A DNA stretch of 64,000 nucleotides from Carpediemonas membranifera BICM (Eukaryota; Protista; Fornicata). How positions within the stretch are numbered: the stretch's first letter is position 1; each line of letters opens with the position of its first letter. The stretch is taken from the NCBI GenBank assembly GCA_019828565.1, contig JAHDYR010000040.1:64269-128268 (forward strand), in the 5' to 3' direction. Of the stretch, positions 34,401 through 44,369 are shown piece by piece. A program made the position numbers and the translations under genes. The notes beneath the pieces were generated by a model. The model had not been told where the DNA came from. It made no database searches and worked only from the letters and a program-made list of their open reading frames with translations.

Positions 34401-35441
34401 TGCACGGTCGACGGCACGACCTATAAGTATATCCTCGTTGTAATAGACATGTGCTCACGTTGGACTGAGCTTGTCCCGCTCCAGACTACCCGAGCGGTCG
34501 AGACGTCCAGGGCGTTTGTCAATAACTGGGTCCTCCGATACGGCGTACCGAAGGTACTGCAGACGGATGGAGGATCCCAGTTCGTCAACGCAGTCTTTAA
34601 CGACCTGAGTGCCCGACTCGGGTTTACAACGAGAAAGACGACGGCTCATCATCCCCAGTCGAATGGGTTAGTAGAGCGAGCGAATGTGTCGGTTAAGTCC
34701 ATCCTGACAGCACGTCGTTACCAGTTTAGATCCAATGATTGGGTCCACAGCTTACCGATTGCCCAATACCTTGTTAACTCGACCCCTCGAGTCCCTACTC
34801 GACTCTCCCCAGCCGAGATCCTGTATGGCACCGAGATGCGAGTGCCAAAGGACATTACCGTTATCGCGCCGGGTGAGACGTATATCGTTGACCAGCAAGA
34901 GGACTGGCTGTCCGAGGCCAAGGCGTACCGGCTCATGGCTGCCGAGCGCATTAAGAGCAAGCGGCTCCTACAGCAGTACAGGCCGGACGCCCGTGCCACG
35001 GTTTCGACTCCGTACGTCCTGGTGGCTTACCCCGACAGACCACCCGACAAATTCGCCGCCGGCCTGCGTGGCCCAATGGCACTAGTGTCGGTGCACCAGG
35101 AGTACAACAAGGTTGTTGCCTATACTGTGCGTGACCTTGAATCTCTGAAGCAGTTCAGGGTCGACGCTTCCCGGGTCCTCCCGTTCGATCACGGCGACAT
35201 GTCCGTGGAGCAAGTTACTCGCTTGGCTAACACTGTTGCGGCCGAGTATATACCGAGCAAGATTGTGAAGTCCCGGCCCGACTCCGGTCCGGTCGAGAAT
35301 CGCGAATACTTGGTTGAGTGGCTGGGCTATGAGCCGGACGAAGCTTCGTGGGAGCCATTCGAGAATGTCGATGGCTGTGACAAGTTTGAGGACCTTCTTG
35401 AGCAGAGAGAACTACACCGTGCTGCGCACTCCAGGCAGTAA
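31401..35441 (+). CDS. Gag-Pol polyprotein of element C (1346 aa)
   Basis: CYNCGGKGHFSPEC and CEKCGREGHKREFC knuckles, LFDCGA protease, YIDD RT, TDAS RNase H, HHCC plus DDE integrase, chromodomain (YLVEWLGY...SWEP). Confidence 0.96.
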   Translation: MGREQKKQAPLLKEATFSAFVAFTTSLRDFKARGGKAKLRKLISPEIQSYASQVLGLETLEEVPLPQGDQHDDEPSTSSRKLREKIIMQRLAAALRPTRKEQCLNLIRLRIAAFTPLEVSKLNSQFNTLLECLNMDEDDTIREAYLRAFAVKGQSLYYRLKEQTEGCSLAETQQYTMKTARDVAESAEYLAPFTEAIRSDQSRRPTAPVPGAHPQRGQSRNQRDRRDRRDDRRDRPYDRRDRPHDHHRPDKRSRDRARPTSTTPTCYNCGGKGHFSPECRKPKSKCEKCGREGHKREFCDRIKVQNYSYLSCFAASSKRRAQALPIVSGSIYRTSAESMLFDCGASATFISPQVAERSGEKILHCDPVEVTTPAGVITVDQTISTEVTFAKSALIPRGCTFTTRAYLLPSEYDLIIGYPDMVTLGILPQIDDCEESDANDAEQAEDVSTVITPQKLSLFTLSDKSSSLQDRLLARFVGLFEDRVGRPSKLIPYDLVLSDDEPVFSREFFMPPEKKTLLQEHLDDLSRHGFIQPSASAYSSPAFLVPKGKDRTRFVIDFRLVNAKTPPFNYPIPIIEDCLAKLRGNTIFATLDCKAGYHQVALTDRSRPLTAFGTPLGRFEYTTMPFGLRNAGSHFQWAMEQAFSDLISAGKCLIYIDDIIVMGRDEPSYIRNLWDVLKRCQEYDLHLGRDKCVFAAAEVEFLGRLVSGDTVRIAEDRIDDIKKLKLPTSKRSAQALVGFLNYFRDFVPNFASRAHPLLQVSAGKAEPGGPGQQAALGDVIAELLKRVSLVHFKTDATHVLMTDASDVGCGAVLLQDGQPIAFMSHAFSAVQTRWSTTEQEAYAIILAVQRWRKFLSWTHFTIRTDHRNLLFMAKSINPKVRRWYDQLADLDFTIRHVPGVDNGAADGLSRVFANTLDTQVADRLQKAHHFAGAHLSAWATKNLLRDWGVRVRQKDVDDYIAKCPICQLRRKPPASSDAGLHTAVEHPFDRVAMDTMSATSCTVDGTTYKYILVVIDMCSRWTELVPLQTTRAVETSRAFVNNWVLRYGVPKVLQTDGGSQFVNAVFNDLSARLGFTTRKTTAHHPQSNGLVERANVSVKSILTARRYQFRSNDWVHSLPIAQYLVNSTPRVPTRLSPAEILYGTEMRVPKDITVIAPGETYIVDQQEDWLSEAKAYRLMAAERIKSKRLLQQYRPDARATVSTPYVLVAYPDRPPDKFAAGLRGPMALVSVHQEYNKVVAYTVRDLESLKQFRVDASRVLPFDHGDMSVEQVTRLANTVAAEYIPSKIVKSRPDSGPVENREYLVEWLGYEPDEASWEPFENVDGCDKFEDLLEQRELHRAAHSRQ

Positions 35442-35460
35442 ACGGATTCTCAATCAAGAT

Positions 35461-36548
35461 TTATTGGTAGTCGTCATCGGACTCGTCGTCAGGGCCCTTG
35501 ATCCAGTCCTCGAGCTCAAAGTCGATCAGATACTCGCGAGCCACGCTGACGGCAGCGAGGGTCTCGTCCAGACCAGTGCAGGTAGGGGCAGTGTAGCCCG
35601 CGTACTGAACGTGAAGAATGAGTCGGCGGTCGGATCCAGCCGTCAGGATCTCGTGACCCAGCACGTCAAGGACCTCGTACTCGCGCTCAGGGTCAGAGAC
35701 CTGCATGGCCAGACCGAGCCGCTCCGGCAGGGACGGAAGCTCGTCCATGGCGCGGAGGTTAGCGACCAGGGCGGCCCAGTGAGTGGCGGTGACTGAGACG
35801 TTCTCGCTACGCTCCCCGTGGAGGAACAAGCGGTAGTAGTCTGGGGCGAGGGCCAAGACGGCGACCCGGTACAGGGTGCGGCGGGCCAGGCTCTGGCCGC
35901 AGCCGAGAGCGCGGGAGAGCGAGAACAGGGTCTCCGGGGTGACGTACCTGTTTGAGCCGTTGCCCTTGAGATCGAAAACGCCGGCGTCAACGGCGTCGCG
36001 GACTATGCCGGAGTCGGTTTCGGCACGGCTGCGAGACGCCTCCCGCAGGAAGCGGAGCGCACGATGCTCTCGCTGGAGCTGGACCAGCAGGCCGGCTGAC
36101 AGATCGAGCAAGCCGCCTGCGTCCTTGCTCCACAGCGTGCCGGTGGAGAGGTGATCGAAGATCCCCTCGAGGGGCACCTCAACGAAGTTAACGTAGCCAG
36201 CCAAGCACCGTCGAACCACATCGGCGAGCTGGTCTGCCTGCTTCGTGAAGCACCCCTCCATCACACCCCCCACCGGCACACGGCAGAGCTCCCGAGCGGA
36301 AGTTGCCGGCACGGTGAAGATCCTAGGTAAGAAGAATAGAGGCGCACAAACCGCATCATGGGCATCTGGGAGGCATTCCCGCCGCTCTTGCGGATGGCCC
36401 TCTTCTGCAGGGCGCTCATCGTGCGGGCCTTATAGCGTTGCGTCCGAGCAATCGTCGCAAGGGCATTTTCGAGCACCTTGCGATAATCGTCATCAGTTAA
36501 CTCCATCGAAAGCTCACGAATTTGGTCGAGCGCACGCGTATCCGCCAT
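35461..36548 (-). CDS. Antisense accessory gene of element C with C-terminal chromodomain-like fold, 2 exons (intron 36351-36323), ~352 aa
   Basis: 29-nt GTTTGT...CTTACCTAG intron fuses MADTRALDQ...MMR to IFTVPATSARE in frame; C-terminus EYEVLDVLGH...LHVQYAGY. Confidence 0.75.
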
Positions 36549-37336
36549 GTTTGGCCGCTTTTTCCTCAGGAAAAAGCGACATATCCTGCACTTTTCCCAA
36601 ATGACGAATGGAAGTGCCCATAGTGATCCCCATGACGGACTATTCACAATATTTATATCTCAAACACAGTCCACGAGACTTCTACCGTCCGTGGAGCAGT
36701 GCTTATGATGTTGGTTAACTTTCGGTACAGCGCAGAACAAAAAGAGTCAGAACTCGCCAACGAAGCCGAATTGGGGCTCGAAAACCCCTTTTTCGGGCAC
36801 TGTGTAAGAATGGGGCGGATCAGCCCAACGTACCAGAACTTTCTGTATGAGCGATGGCGAAATGCCTAAAAATGCTCGGGGCCAGAATTCCCGAGTCGAG
36901 CGCGAGCCCCAGAGTGCCCGCGAGGGGGCGGGGCTGTGGTACGTCCTTTTTATACTTATACAGGAGCTCCTGAACCCATATCTTAATTAGCAGCGCTGCA
37001 TAGATCTTTTCCGAATCTTTTTGATATCATCCTCGAATCTTTCGGTCACACCTTACTACGCATAATACCTCACCTGGAGGTTGCAATAAGACGTAATCCC
37101 AGAAGTTGGTTGTCGTTATCCCGTCGATAATTCCAATAGTGGTTCGGCATGAGCGAGCGTAATCCCAAGTTCGATTGGTGGCTCTAGCCCCACGTAATAC
37201 CAGATGTTGGTTGTGGTGATGGCCGCGCGACTGCTTGGCCATGGGGGGGAAGTGTAGTCAGTATTAATATCTACCAATATCCCTGGGAGGGTCCAAACCT
37301 CTTTTTACTCGTAAACTCTTTCTCTTCCAAACCACA

Positions 37337-37971
37337 GTGGGCGTGGGTCTCGTCTCTACAAGCTCCCTCGCCGCGCGCAGGACGACCGTAACTGCGGCCT
37401 GGACCGACGCCGCCTCGCGGACGTCGTCCTCGACCTTGGTGCGCAGTTCGTCGTCGACGATGGCCTCCGTGAGGAGACGGCGGGCCCGGGCGTCCGACAC
37501 CATCGCGTCTCCGCAGATGCGCCGGACGAGCTGAAACCTTCTCAGGTAACGCGAGACCACGGAGGGTGACACCCCTGTCATCCGCCCCGACATCAGTCTC
37601 TCGTGCCCGGCCCGGGTGGCTGGGCGAACCACCGACTCCACGACGCCCATCCAGGCGCGTCGCAGGCGTCGGGCTCGCTCAGCCTTGGTCTCCTCGTGGT
37701 CCGAGTCACTGGAGGAGGTCGAAGAGTCGGAGCTTGACGACTCATAGACGTTGACGCGCGGGGGATCGTAGTCATCGATACTCTCCAGGCCTGCTTCCAT
37801 CAGAGCCTGTGCCTTGACGTCTCCGCCAAGGCACCGGTGGAAAGGCCGCGCGTGGTACGATGTACGGTACGATTCGTACCACAGTACGAATTGCACGTAG
37901 CTATCAACGTCAAGACTTGCCAGTTGGCGCGTCTTATCGGACTCATTCGTATCTCGGCTAGAGTTGTGCAT
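37337..37971 (-). pseudogene. Element B gag, 5' portion
   Basis: ATG 15 nt after the 5' LTR; cut by element C at the GTGG TSD. Confidence 0.9.
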
Positions 37972-37986
37972 ACACAGTTATATAAC

Positions 37987-38066
37987 TGAAGTTCTCAGCC
38001 CAGCAACACGGATGATTTAGATCAATCTGTAATATATGTAACACGTAAACGGGGACCTGAACTTCA
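37987..38066 (-). repeat. 5' LTR of element B (80 bp)
   Basis: Identical to 28129-28208. Confidence 0.95.
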
Positions 38067-39006
38067 GTATCAACGCGGGCCATGTCCTGGCAAACGTTTT
38101 AATCTGTCTCCGACTCGGTATCCGAATCGATTTATACATGTATACATGTATCCGAATTCTGCGCCGGGAGGGGGGGTCCTGATCATCTGGTGGCTGCAGC
38201 CGAGAGCGCCCGCCACGCGCAGAAATCGAAGTCTGGTCGCCCAAAGCGCAACAGTTTTGCCTAAATAATGGAGGGGATTCGTAAATTCATTTACGATTTT
38301 ATTCTATTTACGTGAGCGCCCATGATACGTTAATTGGAAAGTCACGGAGGGAGTCGCTGATGCTGGGCCGTAGCCACACCGATGAATAAGGGTAAGAGGG
38401 GAAGAGTAGAGGTTGTGCAGTTTAGTCAACATGGGCGGACAATAAGACTAGCGCCAAGGAGACGATGGTGGCTCTTCGCGAACGTTCTGTGACCGTAGTT
38501 TCATCCACACTCCTTATGCTGTGGCGCTCGTTGAGTCTTCCTGCCCTATAGTCTCAGTAATCAACATCAATGCACAGATGCGGCGCTATGAACGGGTTTT
38601 GGCGAGAAGTGTGCGAGGTTGCCGTTTTTATAGCGCTATGCTGTTGATTCTCGGTTCTCTTATGCTCATTACCTGGCACTGAGGCTTTACCGATTGGGGC
38701 ACAACTCAAACCGAAGCTAACAACCCAGCCTCACCTCCCAACCTCTTCCAGCCCGCTGAATACAGTGAATGCAGGCAATGCTTGCTCAGTAGGGCGCTTG
38801 CTAAGTCCCCGGCGACACGATTGCCTTGCTCCATTCTGAACGGGTAACCAATGACTGTCTGCGAAAGGTACTGCCGATCACCAGGAGAACTGCCTGTGTG
38901 GGTGAGTCCCATTTATCTGCTTTATATGAACATGTAACAACTTACAGTCGACTTCATCCGTGTCATGCGAATGAACAGTGCTTGACATCTGGCGAAGTCG
39001 CTTATA

Positions 39007-39850
39007 ATGGACTTCCTGATGCAAACACTTGCTCCTACGCCTCTTTTGTCTTCAACTCAGGTGAAAGCAAAGGACACGCGGCAATTCCTCGAAGAGATGG
39101 TGCCCAACAGTGGCGCCCTTGAGACTCTCGTCACTGTTTGTTGAATACAGCCCAGTAACACAGCAAGTCAGTAACCTCAAGCTCGCTGGCCAGCCTGCTG
39201 ATGAGCTAGCCCCGCTCTCGAGGTTCCCGGAGATATACCAAGAAGCCCGGTCCCTCCAGCATGCACGCCAGGGCCGCCCCATCCGGTCAGGGTTCAGGTC
39301 AGCCTCCCCGCTCGACCGTCAGCGCGAGCAGCTCACTGCTGCACCAATCCGCCCAAGCCCGAGTGTCCCGTCCTTCAGTACGGCCGAGGAAGAGGACAGG
39401 GGCCTTGTACCAGAGGACAAGGGCGAGGCCTGGCCTTCATCCTCCATCGTGAAGACCAAGAAGGTAGCTAAGAAGCGGCGTGCTCAGTCGAAGAGCTGGT
39501 CACAGGAAGAGTGCAACCACCTGCGGCAGCTTGTCGCAAAGTACCCCAAGGGCGTCCATGCCAGATGGCGCCACATCTCTCAAGAACTGGCCACGGGCCG
39601 CACCCCAGACCAGTGCTCGCAGAAGTGGCTTCGCGTGCTCGACCCGAGCATCAAGAAGGGTGACCCATGGACTGCGCAGGAGGACGAGGTAATCGTCAAG
39701 TACATTAGCGCATGTAAGGAGGCGGGGGCCAGACCGAGCTGGGCCCGCCTGGCGTCCATGCTGCCGGGCCGGACTGATACGAATATCAGATACCGCTACG
39801 TCGAGGAGCTCTGTGCTGTCGACGACAATTACCATAATGTTGTTACGTAG
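39007..39850 (+). CDS. Myb-domain transcription factor, 2 exons (intron 39136-39163)
   Basis: Two Myb repeats (WSQEE...W..IS...RTPDQCSQKW; WTAQED...W..LA...RTDTNIRYRY); a 28-nt GTTTGT...TAACACAG intron supplies an in-frame ATG exon. Confidence 0.85.
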
Positions 39851-40088
39851 AACCATGTAAATAGTGCCTGAGGAGGGTAACATGTGAGTCACACCACTCG
39901 CGGCAATTTATAAACGCTGATGCCACCCCAGGTATCGTTCAGCAGGTCGAAGGGTGCTAATCCACGAAACATTGACATTCGCGATCCTGGTGAGAGGCAC
40001 AGCTTGTCGACCCTTGACTTGGTCCATCGGCTTGGGCTAATCACCTGATGACGCGAAATTGCACTTTCCTTCCGAAGCGCAATACCCG

Positions 40089-42302
40089 ATGGCGAAACGC
40101 ACACGTTCATTGCAGTGGTGCCTCAAAGCCGATGTATTTGGCATCCCGGAAGGGAAATATGAGGCCCCTGTCTTCCAGCGTCCGTCCGCTGAGAAGAAGA
40201 AGGCAAGCACCGCCGCCAAGACAGAAAAGCGGCCCAAGAACGAGAAGTTGGAGAGTTTAGACGACGAAGACGACAAGCCAAAGAAGAAGGTCATGCGCCT
40301 GACGCCCGAGCACCCCGTACCGACTGTCGCCGAGCTCCTTGGCGAGGACAACTTCATCGCATGGTGGGAGGACGTCGACATGGACTCCCTGAGCAAGGCA
40401 GACCTCGGCGGGGATGATGACGATGACGACGACGACGAGTCACAGGATGCAGAGGCCGACCAGACATCATGGACAACTTGCGTCCACAACGGCCTCATGT
40501 TTGAGGCGCCGTACGAGCCGCACGGCGTGCCGCTGGTGTACGAGGGCAAGGACTACATCCTGGAGCCCGAAGCCGAGGAGATTGCGACCATGTTCGCGGC
40601 GGAGCTACACACGCCGTACAGCGCCAAGGAGGTCTTCTGCAAAAACTTCTGGACCGACTTCCAGAAGTGCTTGAACCGTAATTTTGAGTCGGGACGACAC
40701 CCTATCCAGCTCTTCCGGGAGACCAACTTTAGTAAGATCTGGAACCACCTCAATGACAAGCGGCAGGAGAAGCTGCTCATGACGAAGGAGCAGAAGGAGG
40801 CCGCCGCAGCGGGGACGAAGGTCGCCTGTGAGAAGTACGGAGTCGCCACGATTGACGGCATCCGCATCGACGTCGGGCCATGGAAGGTGGAGCCGCCGCA
40901 CCTGTACAAGGGCCGGGGCAACCACCCCATGCAGGGGCACGTGACCAAGCGTATCGTGCCTGAGGACGTGACACTCAACCTTGACCTGAAGGCAGGCAAA
41001 CGTCCGCCCCAGCCGAACATCCCCGGGGAGTGGGGGGAGATCGTGTGCCGGCCAGACGTGCAGTGGCTCGCTCAGTACAGCCCAGGCGGGTTTACAAACG
41101 TGCTCAAGTACATGAGGCCTGGGGCGACCTCGCCGATGAAGGGGCGCAGTGATTTGATCAAATTCAACCTCGCACGCAAGCTGACGCTTCGTATTGACGA
41201 CCTCCGGAAGTCTATTGAGGCTGACATGGCCGCCGACCAGCCCATGGACACGCGACAGCGGGCTGTGGTCATCCACGTCATCGACCGGCTCGCGATCAGG
41301 GCTGGCGGCGACAAGGACACCACCAAAACTGCGGACACCGTGGGCGTGTGCAACCTCAGGGTCGAGCACGTCACCCTCGACCCTGCCACCCGGTCTGTGA
41401 GCTTCGACTTCCTCGGTAAGGACAGCATCCGGTACCAGCGGACCGAGGTGTTCGACCCCCTGCCGTTCCAGGTGTTCGCGGACTCCGTGGGGAAGAAGGC
41501 CAAGGAGTTCCGACTGTGGAACTCTGGCACGCACACCCGCGTGAACAAGTACCTCTCCGACTTCATGCCGGGGCTCTCACTCAAGGTGCTTCGGACGTTC
41601 AATGCATGCGTGGTGCTCGACCGGCTGCTGTGGAAGACGCCGAAGGGACTCTTTGGACAGGAGGTGAAGCTCAAGGCACACTACACCGAGGCCAACAAGG
41701 AGGTCGCAGTCATGTGTAACCACCAGAAGTCGGTCAGCAAGGGCCACGCCAAGTCGGTCAACAACACCATGAAGAAGGCGGACGAGAAGAAGGCCGACCT
41801 GGACGCGAGTAGGACGCTTGTCGAGGCGCTGCTCCGGTTCACAGTCAAGCGGTTCTCGGAGACCTCACTCAGCGACGCCGCCAAGGAGGCGTCCGCAGAG
41901 CTCGGCATCGCCATCAAGGAGATCGAAAAGTCCGCGCTGGACGTCGCCCACCGGGATCTGGCGAAGACTGTCTTCGTCAAACGGGAGAAGGGCAGCGACG
42001 AGTCGACCCCGTACGCGCCCACGGGCAGGCAGGCCGTCTCCAAGCTCAAGACGGAGCTCGGCAGGTACCGCAGGCTGAGTACGGCCATAGAGAAGCTCGA
42101 GGGGTCTGTCGCTGAGCGGGAAAGCCTGAAGACGGTCGCCCTGGGGACCTCGAGGCTCAACTACCTCGACCCCCGCATCACAGTGGCGTGGTGCCGCAGA
42201 GAGGGGTTCCCCATCACCAAGGTCTTCAACAAGACGCTGCTGACCAAGTTCCCCTGGGCCCTGGATGTGCCCGCGGAGTGGCGGTTCAGGCCGGAGGAGT
42301 AA
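40089..42302 (+). CDS. TOP1: DNA topoisomerase IB
   Basis: HNG..F..PY, EPPHLYKGRG.HP, LAIRAG, FDFLGKDSIRY, KVLRTFNA, CNHQK, catalytic GTSRLNYLDPR. Confidence 0.96.
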   Translation: MAKRTRSLQWCLKADVFGIPEGKYEAPVFQRPSAEKKKASTAAKTEKRPKNEKLESLDDEDDKPKKKVMRLTPEHPVPTVAELLGEDNFIAWWEDVDMDSLSKADLGGDDDDDDDDESQDAEADQTSWTTCVHNGLMFEAPYEPHGVPLVYEGKDYILEPEAEEIATMFAAELHTPYSAKEVFCKNFWTDFQKCLNRNFESGRHPIQLFRETNFSKIWNHLNDKRQEKLLMTKEQKEAAAAGTKVACEKYGVATIDGIRIDVGPWKVEPPHLYKGRGNHPMQGHVTKRIVPEDVTLNLDLKAGKRPPQPNIPGEWGEIVCRPDVQWLAQYSPGGFTNVLKYMRPGATSPMKGRSDLIKFNLARKLTLRIDDLRKSIEADMAADQPMDTRQRAVVIHVIDRLAIRAGGDKDTTKTADTVGVCNLRVEHVTLDPATRSVSFDFLGKDSIRYQRTEVFDPLPFQVFADSVGKKAKEFRLWNSGTHTRVNKYLSDFMPGLSLKVLRTFNACVVLDRLLWKTPKGLFGQEVKLKAHYTEANKEVAVMCNHQKSVSKGHAKSVNNTMKKADEKKADLDASRTLVEALLRFTVKRFSETSLSDAAKEASAELGIAIKEIEKSALDVAHRDLAKTVFVKREKGSDESTPYAPTGRQAVSKLKTELGRYRRLSTAIEKLEGSVAERESLKTVALGTSRLNYLDPRITVAWCRREGFPITKVFNKTLLTKFPWALDVPAEWRFRPEE

Positions 42303-42610
42303 AGTTCTTTTCATTTACTCGAATACATGCCTCTCATGTACCTATTGCCCCTGTTGACCATAAGAAGCCTGGCGTCGGTTGTCTTCGCGCCAGTAACAGC
42401 AAACAGACTCGCAATACTCGTTTTGATCGAGGAGTCAGTGGACATAGGCAAAAAGGGGTAGTTATTCCCTATTCTCGTCGTGTGATGACTCGAGTAGACC
42501 CGGATTGCTCTGACCCGTCAGCTGACTCAAGCTTCTGCTCAAGCGATCGGAACCGATCACAGCTCAGTCTGTGCGCAAATCTGACAATATTATTGAAGTG
42601 TTGCTCGAGC

Positions 42611-43777
42611 ATGGAGTTCACTTGTATCAGCTGTGGAAATCCATTGTCCGAGAGTGACCTAGAACTATCGATCAACTTGGGTTCTGCAGCCTCCATGGAG
42701 GAAGACGTGGACCTTAGCGGGGATGAGTCTCCTCCCTTTGCTCTTGACGCGATCGATGACAGCGAAACGATGAACTTTTATTCTACAATGTGTACTAACG
42801 AGCCTATGGCCGAGAGCAGCACCGAGGCGATGCCGTTATGCGAAAGATGTTTTGAAAGCCTTGCAGGCAGCATCATTCACGATATACAGCGCACCACACG
42901 AGAGACAGGACGCTACAACGAGGCCATAGACCAGCTTTCGACCGTCACACCCCCGCCCCCGCCCGATCTTACTGCCCTGGAGCTGGAGGAGTCCCAGGCA
43001 ATGGCCGAGTTCCAGTCAGTCCAGGCCGAGCTCCACAAGCTGCGTCGGACACTGGCGGAGGTCAGGGCTGAGGCTGAAAAGACCACAGCAGACACTGAGG
43101 AACGGTGGAGGGCGATGAACGAGGCTCAGAGGGAGGCCGACGCCGCCTGTGAGGCTGCTCGTCTCCATGCTGCCGTGTCGACCAACCTGACCGCTATGCT
43201 GGCATCGCTAAGAGAAGATGCGACCCTGGCGCTGTTCCCGATCGTTGACTGCGGCACACACGCTACCATTTGCGGCATAACACTGTCATCAAATGATTGG
43301 GCCGAGACTGGCGCCGCCCTCGGAGTCGTAGCCTTCCTGATATCCGTGCTGCAGAAGAAGCTGGACATATTCGGGCAGTTCACCGTCTCTCCCCAGGGCC
43401 CTCAGAGCACCATCGCCATTGAGCGTCAGGGAAAGTCCACACAGGTTTACCCGCTTCACATGGCCCGGCCGACGAAGAAGGGGGCGGTCCAGCTCGGCAT
43501 GGCGTGCTGCTGTCTGCTCCACACGATCGCTGAGGTGTATGTGGCGCAGTTCCCGGACGACGATGCCGTTTCTTTCGAGCGGGACGGTCATTCTGTCGAT
43601 CTCGATGATAGATCGGAATCAGCCGAGTCTAGACGGCCTATAGACGCTATCAATGGCCTCAGCGTCGTTCCAGAGCCAAGAGGTGCGCCGAGCGAGCGCT
43701 GGGACCTGTCGTGGCGGGAGGCGCTACTCTGCCTGGGCCGGGTCTGCCGTAGCACCGCCACTCTCGACCCAGGCTGA
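42611..43777 (+). CDS. ATG6: Atg6/Vps30/Beclin-like protein
   Basis: FTCISCGNPL, PLCERC, coiled coil, then BARA-like FPI...ATICG...WAETGAALG. Confidence 0.75.
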   Translation: MEFTCISCGNPLSESDLELSINLGSAASMEEDVDLSGDESPPFALDAIDDSETMNFYSTMCTNEPMAESSTEAMPLCERCFESLAGSIIHDIQRTTRETGRYNEAIDQLSTVTPPPPPDLTALELEESQAMAEFQSVQAELHKLRRTLAEVRAEAEKTTADTEERWRAMNEAQREADAACEAARLHAAVSTNLTAMLASLREDATLALFPIVDCGTHATICGITLSSNDWAETGAALGVVAFLISVLQKKLDIFGQFTVSPQGPQSTIAIERQGKSTQVYPLHMARPTKKGAVQLGMACCCLLHTIAEVYVAQFPDDDAVSFERDGHSVDLDDRSESAESRRPIDAINGLSVVPEPRGAPSERWDLSWREALLCLGRVCRSTATLDPG

Positions 43778-43871
43778 TGGCAGGGTGGCTCGGATCATTT
43801 TTAGTACTAAATCACTCGATTTACGTGAGTTGCATGTATTGTTGATCTTCATCATTTGGCACGGCGATAGA

Positions 43872-44333
43872 ATGGAGCGGCAGATTCACAAACGAGTGCG
43901 TTTGCGGCAATCAGAAGGCAGATCACGCTTTAATACCAACTTTATCGGCGGTCCAAGTGAAAGAGTTCTCCGCCGACCCGAGTTTTCTTCCTCAAGAGAT
44001 GAATCCAGCGACGTAGAGATCATTGACCTTGAAAACAGCACTACAGCGGAGCCACATACCACAAATACTGCTCTTGCTGCTCTAACGCCAGTTCTTACAG
44101 GTCAGAGCCGCCGCAGGCCGAGCACAGTGGATCTCGAGGCTCTAAGCAACGACATCGTTTCAAGAGACCAGAGACAACGCACCCGCCCGCCGACCCCTGA
44201 GATCGACGAGGACGAGGTCGATTACCAGACAGAGGCGGTGCGGCGGAAGTATGCGCCCCAGCCACCAAGCGCAGGGCTGGTGCCGCAGGCTGTGTGGGAC
44301 AAGCTCGTCAGCCTCGGACTCAGGCCGGGGTAG
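43872..44333 (+). CDS. Hypothetical disordered protein with SIM-like VEIIDL
   Basis: 153-aa ATG ORF after ATG6. Confidence 0.5.
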   Translation: MERQIHKRVRLRQSEGRSRFNTNFIGGPSERVLRRPEFSSSRDESSDVEIIDLENSTTAEPHTTNTALAALTPVLTGQSRRRPSTVDLEALSNDIVSRDQRQRTRPPTPEIDEDEVDYQTEAVRRKYAPQPPSAGLVPQAVWDKLVSLGLRPG

Positions 44334-44369
44334 TGGAGAGAGGAGAGGCTTGGTCGGCATGCGATCCAC

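Larger units (their letters stand above)
31301..37336 (+). mobile_element. Ty3/Gypsy chromovirus-like LTR retrotransposon C, intact (6036 bp)
   Basis: Identical 84-bp LTRs 31301-31384 and 37253-37336 (TGTAG...CCACA); TSD GTGG; PPT GGGGGGGAAG before the 3' LTR; uninterrupted gag-pol. Confidence 0.96.
28129..38066 (-). mobile_element. Ty3/Gypsy LTR retrotransposon B, complete, interrupted by element C
   Basis: Identical 80-bp LTRs 28129-28208 and 37987-38066 (TGAAGTTC...GAACTTCA); TSD GTAT at 28125-28128 and 38067-38070; gag-pol with two CCHC knuckles, LLDSGA, YIDD, RNase H, DDE integrase and chromo-like tail. Confidence 0.95.

Noticed and set aside
42188-42610. Upstream extensions of ORF calls (ATG6; also NOP53 from 49851, Fe-S protein from 45361, kinesin from 14577)
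   Set aside because: They begin at non-ATG codons or overlap neighbours; homology starts at the downstream ATG.
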